From NCBI RefSeq assembly GCF_021028975.2, contig NC_059428.1, forward strand, positions 90,396,001-90,460,000: a stretch of DNA of 64,000 bases. The letters are read 5' to 3'. How positions within the stretch are numbered: position 1 is the stretch's first letter; the number at the start of each line of letters is the position of its first letter. Source of the DNA: Sphaerodactylus townsendi. Its lineage: Eukaryota. The notes below the pieces were generated by a model. The model saw nothing but the letters and a program-made list of their open reading frames with translations, did not search any database and was not told the origin of the DNA. Of the stretch, positions 1-12,699 are shown piece after piece. The translations under genes were made by a program, and so were the position numbers.

Positions 1-416
1 TACATACATGCTCTAAATGCTTTAAGTAAATGCCCCATCCCCTTTCTTTCCCTCCTCCCCAGGGTGGGTGGGTCTTAACCAGATTATGGGCCCCCTTTCA
101 GCTTCCCTAACTCTCATCCCAGGGTGGGTGGGCCATGACCAGATGCATATGATATCAGGACAGGTAATCTCTCAATTTTTATTAATTTTCCATGCTCTGA
201 GAATTTGCTGTACTCATGTTCAAATTTATTTATGGATGATTCTGTATGGACCAAGTAAAACAGGTTGAGGCCCTTTTCAAAAGCGTTTTGGGGGAAATTT
301 CCCAAAGGACTCCCAAGTGCTTCCAACCTGTTTTAGTGGCCAGAACCCAGTTTAAATGAAAATCACTAAATTAGCAACTTTCTGTCTTTAACCCAGATTG
401 CAAATGCTTCCTGCTT

Positions 417-590
417 ACCTGTGCGAACTACGGCAAGCAGGAAGTATTCAATCCCCAACCCCTTCTGTCCATCATCATTTCGTACCTTCAAGTATCCACT
501 CTAATGGCGGCCACCTGGGAAATTCACCATAATGATGGACAGAAGGTGTTTGGGATTGAATGCTTCCCGCTTGCCGTAGTTCGCACAGGT
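417..590. repeat. Inverted repeat (~60-bp arms), probably part of a palindromic non-autonomous DNA transposon
   Basis: acctgtgcgaactacggcaagcaggaagtattcaatcccc...tgtccatcat (417-478) is the near reverse complement of atgatggacagaagg...gttcgcacaggt (529-590). It is followed by short (g)gggtggattgtc tandem repeats at ~600-645. Confidence 0.7.
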
Positions 591-929
591 TCTAAGGTGG
601 AGGTGGATTGTCTGGGGGTGGATTGTCAGGGGGTGGATTGTCAGATAGGGATTCTTGGGGTTAAATTCTTGGGTGGGGGATTCTTGACTGTGCCGTTTGC
701 ACAGAAACATCATTTCCATGTGAACCTTGCTGTCTTCTGCCTCTGGGATCCCAATATTCCTGGCTGGCCCCTGCACCAGCCATTCAAATGATGGCACAGG
801 CAACTGAAACAGGTTCCATGAACCCAGGTTGCTGGTGCAGAATCAGCCTATGACTTGTTATAACATGTACTGATAACTACCTATTTCATGAACAATGAAA
901 AGGTGGTGTGAAAATGGAGGATATTTCCT

Positions 930-1290
930 CTGCAATTCTCCTCAATGTTGGCAATTTTTCCTCTATGCTCTACTTCTTTTTGCTCTTCCTTCTCCCTGAC
1001 AGAATCCTTCCCCAACTCCTTATGTGCCTTTCTTGACACTAAATCTTCTCATTGTTTCCTCTCTTTCCTTTTGCACCTTAGCATTGCCAAGGAGTGTAAA
1101 GAGATGTCGCCAATGTATTTCTGCTTCATCTGTTCAGGCATTGCCTTTCTCCATTATAAGGGCTAATGAAACACTTCCACTACAATGGCTTATTCACCCA
1201 GGTTTGGGGTAATAGATGTTGCCTACATTCTCTCATGTCCTAAAACCATGTCTTCACATTCTGTAGAGCATGACACAAATGAAACACATT
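930..1290 (-). mobile_element. Possible highly degraded RTE-clade LINE 3' ORF remnant
   Basis: Minus-strand fragments resemble the RTE C-terminal pattern (W.LGH..RM...PK ... SVKKG...EKEE). Many stops and frameshifts. Confidence 0.3.
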
Positions 1291-1313
1291 GCAAACATGT
1301 ATTCTTAATAATG

Positions 1314-1858
1314 AATAGAATAGAATAGAATAGAATCTTTATTGGCCAAGTGTGATTGGACACACAAGGAATTTGTCTCCGGTGCATATGCTCTCAGTGT
1401 ACATAAAAGAAAATACATTTGTCAAGAATCATAAGGTACAGCACTTAATGATTGTCATATAGGTCTAGTAAGCAATCAGGAAACAATCAATAGTAATAAA
1501 AACATAAAATGTAAAATCATAAAATAAAATGAAATGTCAGCACAGGCTATAGTCATACAGTCATAATTGGGAGGAGATGGGTAATAGGAATGATGAAAAA
1601 AGTAGTGCAGTAATTATATAATAAATATATAATAAATAGTTTGACATTATCGAGGGAATTATTTGTTTAACAGAGTGATGGCATTCGGGAAAAAACTGTT
1701 CTTATGTCTAGTTGTCTTGGTGTGCAGTGCTCTGTAGCGACGTTTAGAGGGTAAGAGTTGAAACAGTTTATGTCCAGGATGCGAGGGGTCAGTAAATATT
1801 TTCACAGCCCTTTTTTTGACCCGTGCAGTATACAGGTCCTCAATGGAAGGCAGGTTAG
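1314..1858 (-). mobile_element. Rex1/Babar LINE, 5'-truncated 3' end (copy 1)
   Basis: ORF 1659..1892(-) gives LPSIEDLYTARVKKRAVKIFTDPSHPGHKLFQLLPSKRRYRALHTKTTRHKNSFFP, the typical Rex1 C-terminus. (CTATT)n tail at 1314-1335. Confidence 0.85.
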
Positions 1859-2998
1859 GAAGGAAGGCAGGTTTAAATGATAGTAATAACACCAGTATTA
1901 GTAGTCATTATATCTGATGTGATTCCTGATACTAAAAAAGCTGCCATACAAATTATGCTCTGCTGCCAATAAGACTAATGCCAGATTTCAATATGTGTTC
2001 CTGATAATATACAAAATTGATTGATTATCATCTAGAGTACTGAAATGAACCATTAAGAAACTCAGAAGTTGGCACAATATAGACTTAATAATTACAGAAG
2101 GTCACCCAAAGAAACAAAACTAATTACTAACCGATGTGAATTTTAGATAGATGTCTAGAGAAATGGTGATTTGAATGATAGAAATTCAATTGTTCTTGCA
2201 TTCCCATACTTCAGTATTGCATTGATAGACTGGTGTGTATTCCACAATGCCTTGTGCATTACAGACTAATAGACAGTTGCCAGGATTTCCAAGAGAAAGG
2301 CATCAGCAGCCTTTATTAAACCCACTGTCACTTCATGCCTGAGTAGCCAGACTGACTGCATTTGTTTCAACAGCTCTGCAAATGTGAGTTAGTCACCCTG
2401 TTTCGTTACAGCAAATTTAACCATAAAGAGGTTCCCAATGCACAATGAAAAGGGGAAAAAAGAAATTGCACACAAATCCTAGCTTGTGTTCCAGGCTTCT
2501 ATAGTTTTTCACAAATGCTCAGTGGCTTTGCACCATGGAATCAGAACACACAAAAGATAAGAAGAGACCTTTTTTGTATAGGCCACATCATCTCTAAGGC
2601 ACTCTGCTGTATTATCTGCTGGATCTTTTTAAATTCACAGTAAAGAAGAGATTTGCTATTGCCTGTATTAATAATGTAACCCTATTGAGGAAACAGCTCT
2701 CTCAAGGAAATATGCAGATGATTAACAAGCATTTGACCTCTATAGGCACTGCAGGTTTTGGTTAACTAGGATAAGTAGATTGATCTTTCGTCACTTGTTA
2801 GGTACCAAGGAAACATTCATGAGAAACACTAAAACACATATATCAGATTTTGGCACAGAGATGTCTGGAATAACCACGGAAAAATCCAACTGTCCTGAAA
2901 AAATTGACTCTCAACCACTATTCCTCTCTCATGAATAAATGCAATCCTAAAATCCTGAAAAGAGAGGAAACATAAAATGTATAAGTCTGTGGTTTCCA

Positions 2999-3062
2999 GT
3001 GATTGCATTTGTTTTATGTGATTGCATTTGTTTTATGCATTTGTGATTGCATTTGTTTTATG
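2999..3062. repeat. Short tandem repeat, gtgattgcatttgttttat x~3
   Basis: Direct inspection. Confidence 0.8.
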
Positions 3063-6000
3063 CTTTAAAATTACATGCAAAAATTATGAATCGAGCAAGA
3101 ATAATTATTGTCCCACAGCTAATAGATCTTCTTGATACCTTCACGGAGTGATAATACAGTATCAATGCATATCTGGGGTGTATCATCAGTTAGTGTTGAA
3201 TTGTGCAGTGTCCAATTTGGAAATATAGATTCTTGGGAGAAGTGGAGAATGTCATTGGACCAAGCTGATCAGTGCTTTCTTACAAATCTTGTCAGTATAA
3301 GTTAATGACAGCAAAAGTCAGCCTAACTGAAAATAATGGGAAGAGCTGATCTCAGCACCTTGGATGATAGGAGAAAGGGAACAGAGATCTGTTGCAGAGG
3401 TTGTCCACAGAAACAGGCAAGCTCAGGAGCAAATTACCTCCCCTCTTCTTATTGCATGTATTGCATTAGTGAAACAACTGTAATGTGAGTACTTCCCTTT
3501 AGCAGACTTCAGTGCAATTTTCAGCAGTTACACCCTCCTAAACCAATTCTGATGCCAGTCATGCCTACAGAATTAAAAGCTTTTCTGCTCGCACCCCTCC
3601 AGACAATGTTATATGGATGTCTGGGGTCAACAACATCCAACCCAGCCTCTCCTTTCCTGTGGCCTCTATGCCTTGCTAGGTGGCTTTACAACTGAGCCAG
3701 ATGCTGCGGTCAGCAGGTCTGACATTACACAAGCTCTCTTTTCTGTCAATTCATCCAGCAAATATCCTGACCAGAGAGGAAGATACAGCATGGCTCCAGG
3801 TTCCCTGACAAGAAGCAAGCTCTAAAATCTCAGAATCAGCAGAACTATGGTTACCAGGGGGTGAACTCATAATCCAGCAATGCAACAGGATAGAAGGGTG
3901 AAGAGGAGCCTCAACTGAAACCAGCTGTCAGTGTGGCAGATCTTGCTACTCCCCAAAAATAGCCTGGCAGCAATAGACAAGTTCAAGGACCATACCCAGT
4001 GGTGTACTAAGGAGACCACAGAGCAAAATTCCAGCAGAAGTTGCTACATGGAAGGAGCTGCAAAGGTAAAGAAGAGGACCAGTCAGATTGAGGAAGGAGT
4101 AGTACTTCAGAGGTGGTAATCCAGGTGATGGCACATATGGTAAGGGCAAGGCTAGGAGGGTGAGGCTGGGCCTTATTGAAGGATTAGGAGAATGCATTTT
4201 GGGAGACTCCAGAACCATGCCAGGCAAGGGGAAAGGAAGTGTTTCTGCACAGTCTCACCTGAACATTAACTATGCTGACAATGCCAACTGTCATTCACCT
4301 CCCAGCATGTTCTGCTCTAGCAACCAAAAGTTTGGTCGATGCTGGTCTACAGCTCACTCTGTGATGAAAGTGACCATTTTGCTTGTACATTTGCTATGCC
4401 TTAAGAGACTTCATTTTGATTGCTGAAAGGCCTACAAAAATCCTGTTTTTCTTTCTCTCTTGTTTTTCACATAGATTAGAAGCAGTTGTTTGCAGTTATA
4501 GATTGACTGTACTAACCACCAAGGTCAGATTCCTCATTATGGGAATGGTAACTTGCTCACCGTCTAAAGTGTTCTCACCAACTTGATATTTGATTAATTG
4601 GTTGATTGTTGGGGCCAGTCTATGCCATAAATTAATCACATCAAAGTTAGTAGACATCTTTCCTTTGTCTTTGTCTATGTTCCCCTTTGCTCAGCTTGAA
4701 GAACTTTGCTAATGCACTGAGGACTTCTACTGTATTTTATTTGCAAGTATCTTTTTAGTAAGTAAGCTTGAATTTTTGTTGTTTTATTGTGTTCCTGAAA
4801 TGCACCTTATGATTATATGCTCACTGTGTATTTTAAACCTTCTTTTGCAACCTTTATTTTAATAAAAAATTATTTAAAAATAATTTTGTGATTTGGAGTA
4901 CAGGTTTAGAGCCCAGAACTTGGCATTGCTACCACCCAAAGAGCAGGTCAGGTCTTTAAATCCCAACCCCTTCTGCGAGTAGTTTCTGATGGGCTATGGA
5001 ATATCATTGCATAGTAGTATTCCCAAACTGCATCTATGAAACAAGTCTACTTAAACAGGCACCATATTAAAAGCTCCTATCATTATTTACCACATGTTCT
5101 TAATCTTCTGGATCTACACAGCATAATTTTGAGAGAGATAGTCAATAACTTGCCGCAGCTTCATTAAAAAATATCTTACATATTGCATTGCCTTGAATAC
5201 TATTTTAATCATCAGTCCTAGCTTTCACATTGCTTTTGCATGACTTAAGAATCACAAAATATGGAACCACAGATGCAGTGACAGATGATGTACAGACAGT
5301 TCCAACCTCATGATGGTTTTGCTTCTGCTGAAAGAGTGTCACACATTCTGCTCAGTTCTCACAGCTCAGTCTGTTATTGTTTCTCAGACTGTCTTCCCTG
5401 TTTGATAATCCCATTTCCCCCAGACAATTTTCAACAGTGTGATACAGACCTCATGATGTTAAAATTCATATTAGATTATTTGTTTTGTGTGTCTGTGGCA
5501 CAATGGAAAGTATAGTTTCCTTTTCTACCTTTTTGATTCCATGTCTATTGTTCTGTGAACTGTGAATTCAGAGCCATAAGATATTTTCTTCCTTCCCACT
5601 ACAGAGATAGAGTTTGTAATTAGACAAGGATCTGGAAGATCCAGATTTTAATCCACACTTCACTATGTAAATTTGCATGATCACAGTGTTAGGAAACATG
5701 TTAAGGTTAGAGCCTTGCTTGAGGTATCTATGTAAACTGCATATTTTAAAATGTGAATGTTCAATCACAATATGAATGTCAATGTTCAATCACAATGTTA
5801 AAGCCAATTAAATTAATAGCAACTAAAGTGACTAAATTATTAGCATGGTCAGGAAAGAGCAGTTTATGAATCAATCAAAGAAACCTGGGTTTCAGGTATA
5901 TTTTAATGACCAGGACATCTGTCAGTTAAGGGTCATTTTTGCTTGTTTTCTTCTTGTATTCCCAATAAGGGAGTAAAAGGATAAAGGAAGAGGTTAAAAG

Positions 6001-6123
6001 GAAAAAAAATGGGTTAGCCATTTACCCCATTTCAAATGTGATTGCAAACATCATTTCTCACTGTGATACCTTATACCCAGGCTACCAAAGTTAATAGCCA
6101 GAGCCAGAGTTAATAAACACAGT

Positions 6124-7118
6124 TAGAATAGAATAGAATAGAATCTTTATTGGCCAAGTGTGATTGGACACACAAGGAATTTGTCTCCGGTGCATATGCT
6201 CTCAGTGTACATAAAAGAAAAATACATTTGTCAAGAATCATAAGGTACAACACTCTAATGATTGTCATATAGGTCTAGTAAGCAATAAGGAAACAATCAA
6301 CAATAGTAATGGAAACTTATAAAATGTAAAATCATTAAAATAAAAGATAAGAAATGTAATGTCAAAGCACAGGCTATAGTCATACAGATCATTAAAGTGG
6401 GAGGAGATGGGTAATAGGAATGATGAAAAAAGTAAGTGCAGTAATTATATATAATAAATATATAATAAATAGTTTGACATTATCGAGGGAATTATTTGTT
6501 TAACAGAGTGATGGCAGTATTCGGGAAAAAAAACTGTTCTTATGTCTAGTTGTCTTGGTGTGCAGTGCTCTGTAAGCGGCAGCGCTTTTTAGGAGTGGGT
6601 AAGAGTTAAGGAAACAGTTTATGTCCAGGATGCTGAGAGGGGTCGGTAAATATTTTCACAGCCCTCTTTTTTTTGAGCCACGTGCAGTATACAGGTACTC
6701 AATGGACGGCAGGTTAGCAGCAATTATTTTTTTCTGCAGTTCTGATTATTCTCCTGAAGTCACCAATGTAAGTCGATCTTTGTTTGGGTTGCCAGAACCA
6801 AAACCACACAGTTATAGAGGTGCAGATGACCAGACTCAATGTGATTCCTCTGTAGAACTGTTTCAGCAGCTCCTTGGGCAGTTTGAGCTTCCTGAGTTGG
6901 CGCAGAAAGAACATTCTTTGTTGTGCTTTTTTGATGACATTTTTGATGTTAGGTGACCATTTTAGGTCATGAGATATGATGGAGCCTAGAAATTTAAAGC
7001 TCTCTACTGTTGATACTGTATTGTCTAGTATTGTGAGAGGAGGTAGGATGGGAGGGTTTCTCCTGAAATCTACCACCATTTCTACGGTTTTAAGTGTGTT
7101 CAGTTCTAGATTGTTCCA
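6124..7118 (-). mobile_element. Rex1/Babar LINE, 5'-truncated (copy 2), with many small insertions
   Basis: ORF 6714..7079(-) gives (NNLELNTLKTVE)MVVDFRR...VESFKFLGSIISHDLKWSPNI...KKAQQRMFFLRQLRK. Same 3' UTR and (CTATT)n tail as copy 1. Confidence 0.88.
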
Positions 7119-8211
7119 GTGGCACCACGAGGTTAATAGCCACAGCCAGTGTTAATAGACCTCTCCAGAATCCTAGAAGTACCACTGGGACCCAGGAAGA
7201 TATGGTAACTTCTAAGGTGCACCCTGTATCTTTGAAGCCAAAGTTACAGCCACTGCTGCCTGGTGTTTTCACCAATCCTGGTTTTCATGTTGGTTTGCCC
7301 TAAGATAAAAATAATGAAATATGGATCCAGCTCATCCCTTCAATTATGCCAGACATCATGCTAGAAAATTAATAGCATTTCACACCTTCCCCAGTGGATT
7401 CTGGATTGAATAAAAGCCTGTTTTGCAAATGGAAAAATTAATACACTCACTCATTTTCATCCAAAATAAATATGGTGATACTTTTTTTTACAATTGGCTA
7501 GTTCATACAAAACAGAAGTTAGTCAACTGAAAAGTATCAACATATTGGCTTTGGGGACATGGGGTGACTAATGTTCCATATATTTAATAAGCTTGAGTAC
7601 AGATGTACAAATCAAGCCCCAAGTCCATATGTTTTCCACTTAAAGTAACCTTCATAAGGCCATTTAATAAGATCCATAACAACAGTAGAATGAATATAGG
7701 TGGAGATTTCATGAATCTTTAAAAGTATATCTTGCTTTTTAACAGTTTATGAGGGGATCAACGCAAAGGAAGAAAGCTTGCAGATCCTTTTATTTTTATG
7801 GGTCCAAAGTGTACACATTTCGCAAGGCATGCACTAATAATTCACCAGAGATAATTATGATTCATGATGAATGAATACATGTACTTCCTCCCCACAGTAG
7901 ACTGAAACAAGGTCAAAGTAACCTTACGAAATAACGTCACACCATAGAATACTCTGGATCTTGATTTTTTTCCCTTTTCCACTAGCTCTTTAAATAAAAT
8001 GTTTCTCAGTGAAATCTTTTTACATAACAATGATAGGAATACTTAGTTATTATATAATAATAAAGAGCTTCACATCCGTACTCTGGGATCCAGAGCAGCA
8101 TTTCCTTAGGTGCAAAGATTTTGGTCCACATAGTACAAATTCCTTATCTCTCCCCCACCTGCACTGCATTATCCAATAACCCCCAAAATTTTGCTTTAGG
8201 AAGAATATTTC

Positions 8212-11200
8212 TTTTTTTTAATTAATAAGTTTATTAGTAAATTAAAATATAATACAATAATAGATATCTTGCATTATACATAAAAAAAACCTTACTGTAT
8301 ATAAAGTTGGAAATAATACATCGTTACAGTCTAACGGCATATTTCTTAAATTTTCTTATTTAAATTCTCCCACAATGGGGAGTATGTTCGCCGAATAGTT
8401 AAGTAGGCTTCTCTTCCTCATTAACAAATTAACAAATTAACCTATTATCAGTAAAATACGGAAAGTATAACTTTTAGAGCTTCACTTTCTATGTAAAACA
8501 TGTACAACTAATAATTTTGCAAAACATTCAGCGTTGAATTTTGACTTTCAATTCATTTCTGTCTTGTTTTGAAAAAAAAAAAGGTTTTCAGGGGTGTCCA
8601 AATATTTTCTCTTTTCTTTTGTATCTTCTTCCTGTAAAGATAATGCAATGCAATCCATATCCATAAGCATGTAAATTTTTTTCTAACCATTCATCTAAAA
8701 GATGGAACCTTTCTTTACTCTTCCAGTTGGCTTCGCAATTAGTAAACCTTGCTGTCACCGTAAGGCAAGTTATGCTTAGAATGCGTTGGAGTTCTTTTAT
8801 GTCATTGTATAAATTCCCTAACAAATATGTAAATCCCTGGTTCCATCTTTTATATTGTAAATTAAGAATTTTGCATTTGAAAGTATGTATATTTTACACC
8901 AAAAAATCTCTTAACTTTTTTTGCAGTGCCACCAAGAATGGATGAAGGTACCTTACATCTCTCTCGTGATTTCCAACAACATATTGGGTATGTATTGTTC
9001 ATTTTCGCTATGGCTACTGGAGTTAAATACCACCTATGTATCATCTTATATGCATTTTCTTTTATGTCCATACTTAGAATGGATGTATTTGCTCTCTTCC
9101 AGACTGTTTCCCATTCATTTAAATCAATGTTTCTTCCTAAGTCTTTGGCCCATAGTAACATAGTATTTTTCACTAGTTCGTCTTCTGTTTCTAGGTCTAT
9201 TAGATACATATAGATCCTGCTTATTAGTTTTTGTTGCCTTTAGATAGAATCTCATCAAATTTAGTGGGTTTATGGTGGAAACCAGTATATTTTTGGTCTT
9301 TTTTGAAACAGTCGGTGAGCTGCAAGTAGGTATACCAATTGCATTCTTTCCCTTCTATTTGGATGTCGGTTCTTTCTTTTAATTTGGGTTTTCCTCCATC
9401 AAATTCTAGTGTTTCTTTATATGTTGGCCATCGGGTGTTTCTCTGCCAGCCTTTCATATTTATTGCTTCTAGACTTGAAAGCCATAAGGGGGTAGTTCTA
9501 TATAGCAATAATCTATATCTATCCCACACTTTGATTAATGCTTTCCTTATGTAGTGCTGATTAAATTATCTATATTTTTTGTTCTCATCTATTAGCCAGA
9601 GTCTTTCGTGCCAGCCATAATTTAAGTCATAGTTTTCCAAATTTAGGATGTTTATATTGGACAACTCTATCCAGTCCTTTATCCAAATTAATGCATTCGC
9701 CACATAGTATAAATGTAGGTCTGGCAAAGACATACCTCCCCTTTCCTTCCTGGAAATCATTATTTTGTAATTTAACTTCAGGGGGTTTTCTCCCACTTCC
9801 ATATAAATTTGTTAATATCTCTTTTCCATTCTTTGAAGGGTTTTAAGTTGTCTATAAATGGAATAGATTGTAATAGGTACATCAGTTTGGGTAGTATTGC
9901 CATTTTGACCAATGCAACTTTCCCTAGAGTGGATAAGTTAATGTTTGTCCATTTGTTTAGATCTTGTTTAAGTTTTTTCCATAATCGTACATAATTGTTC
10001 TTATAAATGTCCTGGTTTTTTTTGATAAGTTGATTCCTAGATATTTAACCTCCTGGACTATTTTACAGCCTGATATCTCTGCCAATTGAGTTTCTTCTTT
10101 TTTTATTCAGATTAAATGCTAGAATCTTTGTTTTTGCTTGGTTAATTGTGAACCCTGCCAGGTTGCCAAATTCCTCTATTGTCTGCCAGAGATGTTTAAT
10201 TTTGTTTATTGGATCGTCTAAGATGATCAACGTGTCATCTGCAAACACCTGTATTTTATAATTTATTCCTCCAATTTGTAATCCTTCTAATTTTTTGTCT
10301 TTTCTGATGTTTTGTAGTAGCAGTTCTAAAACCCATATGAATAGTTGGGGGGAAATTGGACATCCCTGTCTCGTACCTCTATATATATTAAATTCATCAT
10401 GAGCTTCACCATTTATTTTTAAAGTGGCCTTCTGGACTCTATATATTAATTTAATTATATCCAAAAAGTTCCCTTTTAATCCTATTTTTTCAAATAGTTT
10501 TAACATAAATAGCCAATTAATTTTATCGAAGGCCTTTTCGGCATCTAGGAAAATGAGGGCAAGTTTTTTATTTGGTTTAGCTTTCAGGATCTCAATAATG
10601 TCAATAGTCGTTCTGAGGTTATTTTTACTATGTTTGTTTGGTAGAAAACCTCTTTGCTCTTCTTTTATCCACTTTACGGATAGTTTTTTTTAGTCTTTCT
10701 GACATTACTGATGTCAGAATTTTATAATCGACATTTAATAAGCTAATTGGCCTAAATTTGTCTACTTCAGGGATTTCATCTATTGTTTTGGGAATTAATA
10801 TGATATGATTTCTTTTCCAGGTATCTGGGATATCTCTAGCCCAAGTTATATTGTTGAAGAGTTCAGTAAGTATGTTCAAATTTTCTTCTTTGTATGTTTT
10901 GTAAAATAATGATGTAAAACCGTCTGGACCTGGCGACTTATTTAATTTTAATTTATTAATTGTTTGTTCAATTTCTGTCTCTGTAAATGGGCAGTTCAGC
11001 CCCCTCGAGGTCTTCTTTGGGGTATATATATTTATATGCTTTGTGGCTGTCTAAGTAACTATCTATCTTTTCTTCTGGTACATCAATCTTTTTTTTGATA
11101 TAAATTAGAATAATAATCATTCAGTTCCCTTTTAGCCATTATTTTTGGGTCTGTTATATTTATACCATTTTTTTAATTATATTAATAATTTTTTACTCTC

Positions 11201-12476
11201 ATTTATCTCCCTTATTTCTTTTGAAGAGAGCCATTTCCTCGATTTATTAGCCTGGGGCAAGTAATTGCTATATTTGGATTCAAGGCTTTAAGTTTTGCAT
11301 TAGGAGATCTTCTATTTCTTTCTTCCAATTGTTCTCTCTTATTAATTCTTATATTCTTTTTCAGTTTTTTTTGTTTAGGGTTTTTTTTGGAATTCCAATT
11401 CTCGAGATTTTGAGGTTTGACCATAAATTTTGCTCTGTTGATCTCCAGATTTTTTTCCCTGTTTTATTTCTTGGCTTATATATGAGCCTCCTCGCAAGAT
11501 GGTAGCTTTTAAAAGTTAATCCCAGGACATATTTAAATTATCTATGGAATTTTTTATTTAAATCCCAAAACTCTCTTTGTAATTATTGTTTCTTTGGCTT
11601 TGTGCTATGATGTTCTTCCATTTTAACTAGCCAATTTTTTTAATTTCCATAGTCTGATTTTTCTTTTTCCTTTGTGCCACTTTCTAGTTCAATCAGATTG
11701 TGATCTGGACAAGAACTTTGGCAAGATCTTAATATCTGTAATTTGTTGGTTAATCTTTTCCTGTTGCCCAAACCTATGTCCAATCTTGAGTGTATTTTAG
11801 TGTCTATAAGAGTAAAAGGTGTAATCCCTAGAATTTCCATTTTTGAGTCTCCAAACATCCTTCACTTTAATTCTCTTCACTAGTTGGAAAAAGATTTTTG
11901 TAAGGACATTATGTCTCTTTTTTGGTCTTTTTTTTAACTTTGTCTTGTTTCTTTCCTATCTATTTCGGGGTTTATTAGGCCATTAAAGTCGCCCATTATT
12001 ACTAAGTTGTCTTCTGTAAATTCTAATAGCTTGTTTAATAAGGTAGAGTAATAATTGTTTTTCTTGCTTGTCTCTGTTGGGGCATAAATACCTACCAATA
12101 TAGTTTTTTCACCCCTTATTGAAATTTCTATTATTAAAGTTCTTCCTTCATTGCCTGTAAAAAGTAGTTTTGGGTTCAGATATTCTTTTACATAGAATAC
12201 AACTCCCCGTTTTTTTTTTCTTACTAGAAGCATGGAAAACTTTCCCCAAGGTATCATTCTTAAGTAATCCCACGTCATTCTCCTTAATGTGTGATTCTTG
12301 GAGACATATTATGTCATAATTTCTCTTTTTTAGATATTGGAACAGTTCTTTTCTCTTCCTAGGATTGTTAAGGCCATTTATATTATCAGAGTATAGTTTA
12401 CAATTCATAATTACCTTTGGTTATAACAGATAACAAAATTAATAATATTTCTTTACTCACTAATACCCTTCTTGAC
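8212..12476 (-). mobile_element. L1-clade LINE, 5'-truncated just upstream of ORF2, with poly(A) and 14-bp TSD
   Basis: APE endonuclease (NINGLNNPRKRK..IICLQESH; GIYAP; MGDFNG). RT motifs KSPGPDGF, FRPISLLNVDYKILT, FLDAEKAFDKINW, RGTRQGCPISP, FADD. C-terminal Cys-rich region. AATAAA(-) at 8230-8235 plus A-tail. TSD aggaagaatatttc at 8198-8211 and 12477-12490. Confidence 0.95.
8588..12408 (-). pseudogene. L1 ORF2 (endonuclease-reverse transcriptase), frameshifted in this assembly
   Basis: Collinear ORF pieces 12148..12408, 11934..12278, 10628..10879, 10063..10506, 9566..9802, 9224..9529, 8862..9209 and 8588..8824 on the minus strand. Confidence 0.9.
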
Positions 12477-12699
12477 AGGAAGAATATTTCAAAGGGTTCT
12501 GGGGGCTTTAGTGGGAGAGGAAGAGGAAGATTTGCTCCATGGGTGAAAATTCTTACACCCAAATTGGGCTTATTGCATCCCCAGTTGTTTTTCCATTTAA
12601 TGCAAAGTAGTGTTAATGTAATGTAAAGGCCTAAGAGAATTAAATGTCCCTGATTTTAATGAATTTAGTGGTCTCACCTTTGGAATCTTATATGACCTA

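Larger units (their letters stand above)
8082..12583. mobile_element. Degenerate palindromic MITE-like element split by the L1 insertion (halves ~8082-8211 and ~12491-12583)
   Basis: The left half ctgggatc...taggtgcaaagattttggtccaca...tctctccccc is the degenerate reverse complement of the right half gggagagg...atgggtgaaaattcttacacccaa...gcatccccag. Confidence 0.5.

Noticed and set aside
3600-4980. Possible old solo LTR (AATAAA at 4861); similar hints at 28040-29740 and 55690-56200
   Set aside because: No TG..CA termini or TSD could be identified, so there is not enough support to annotate.
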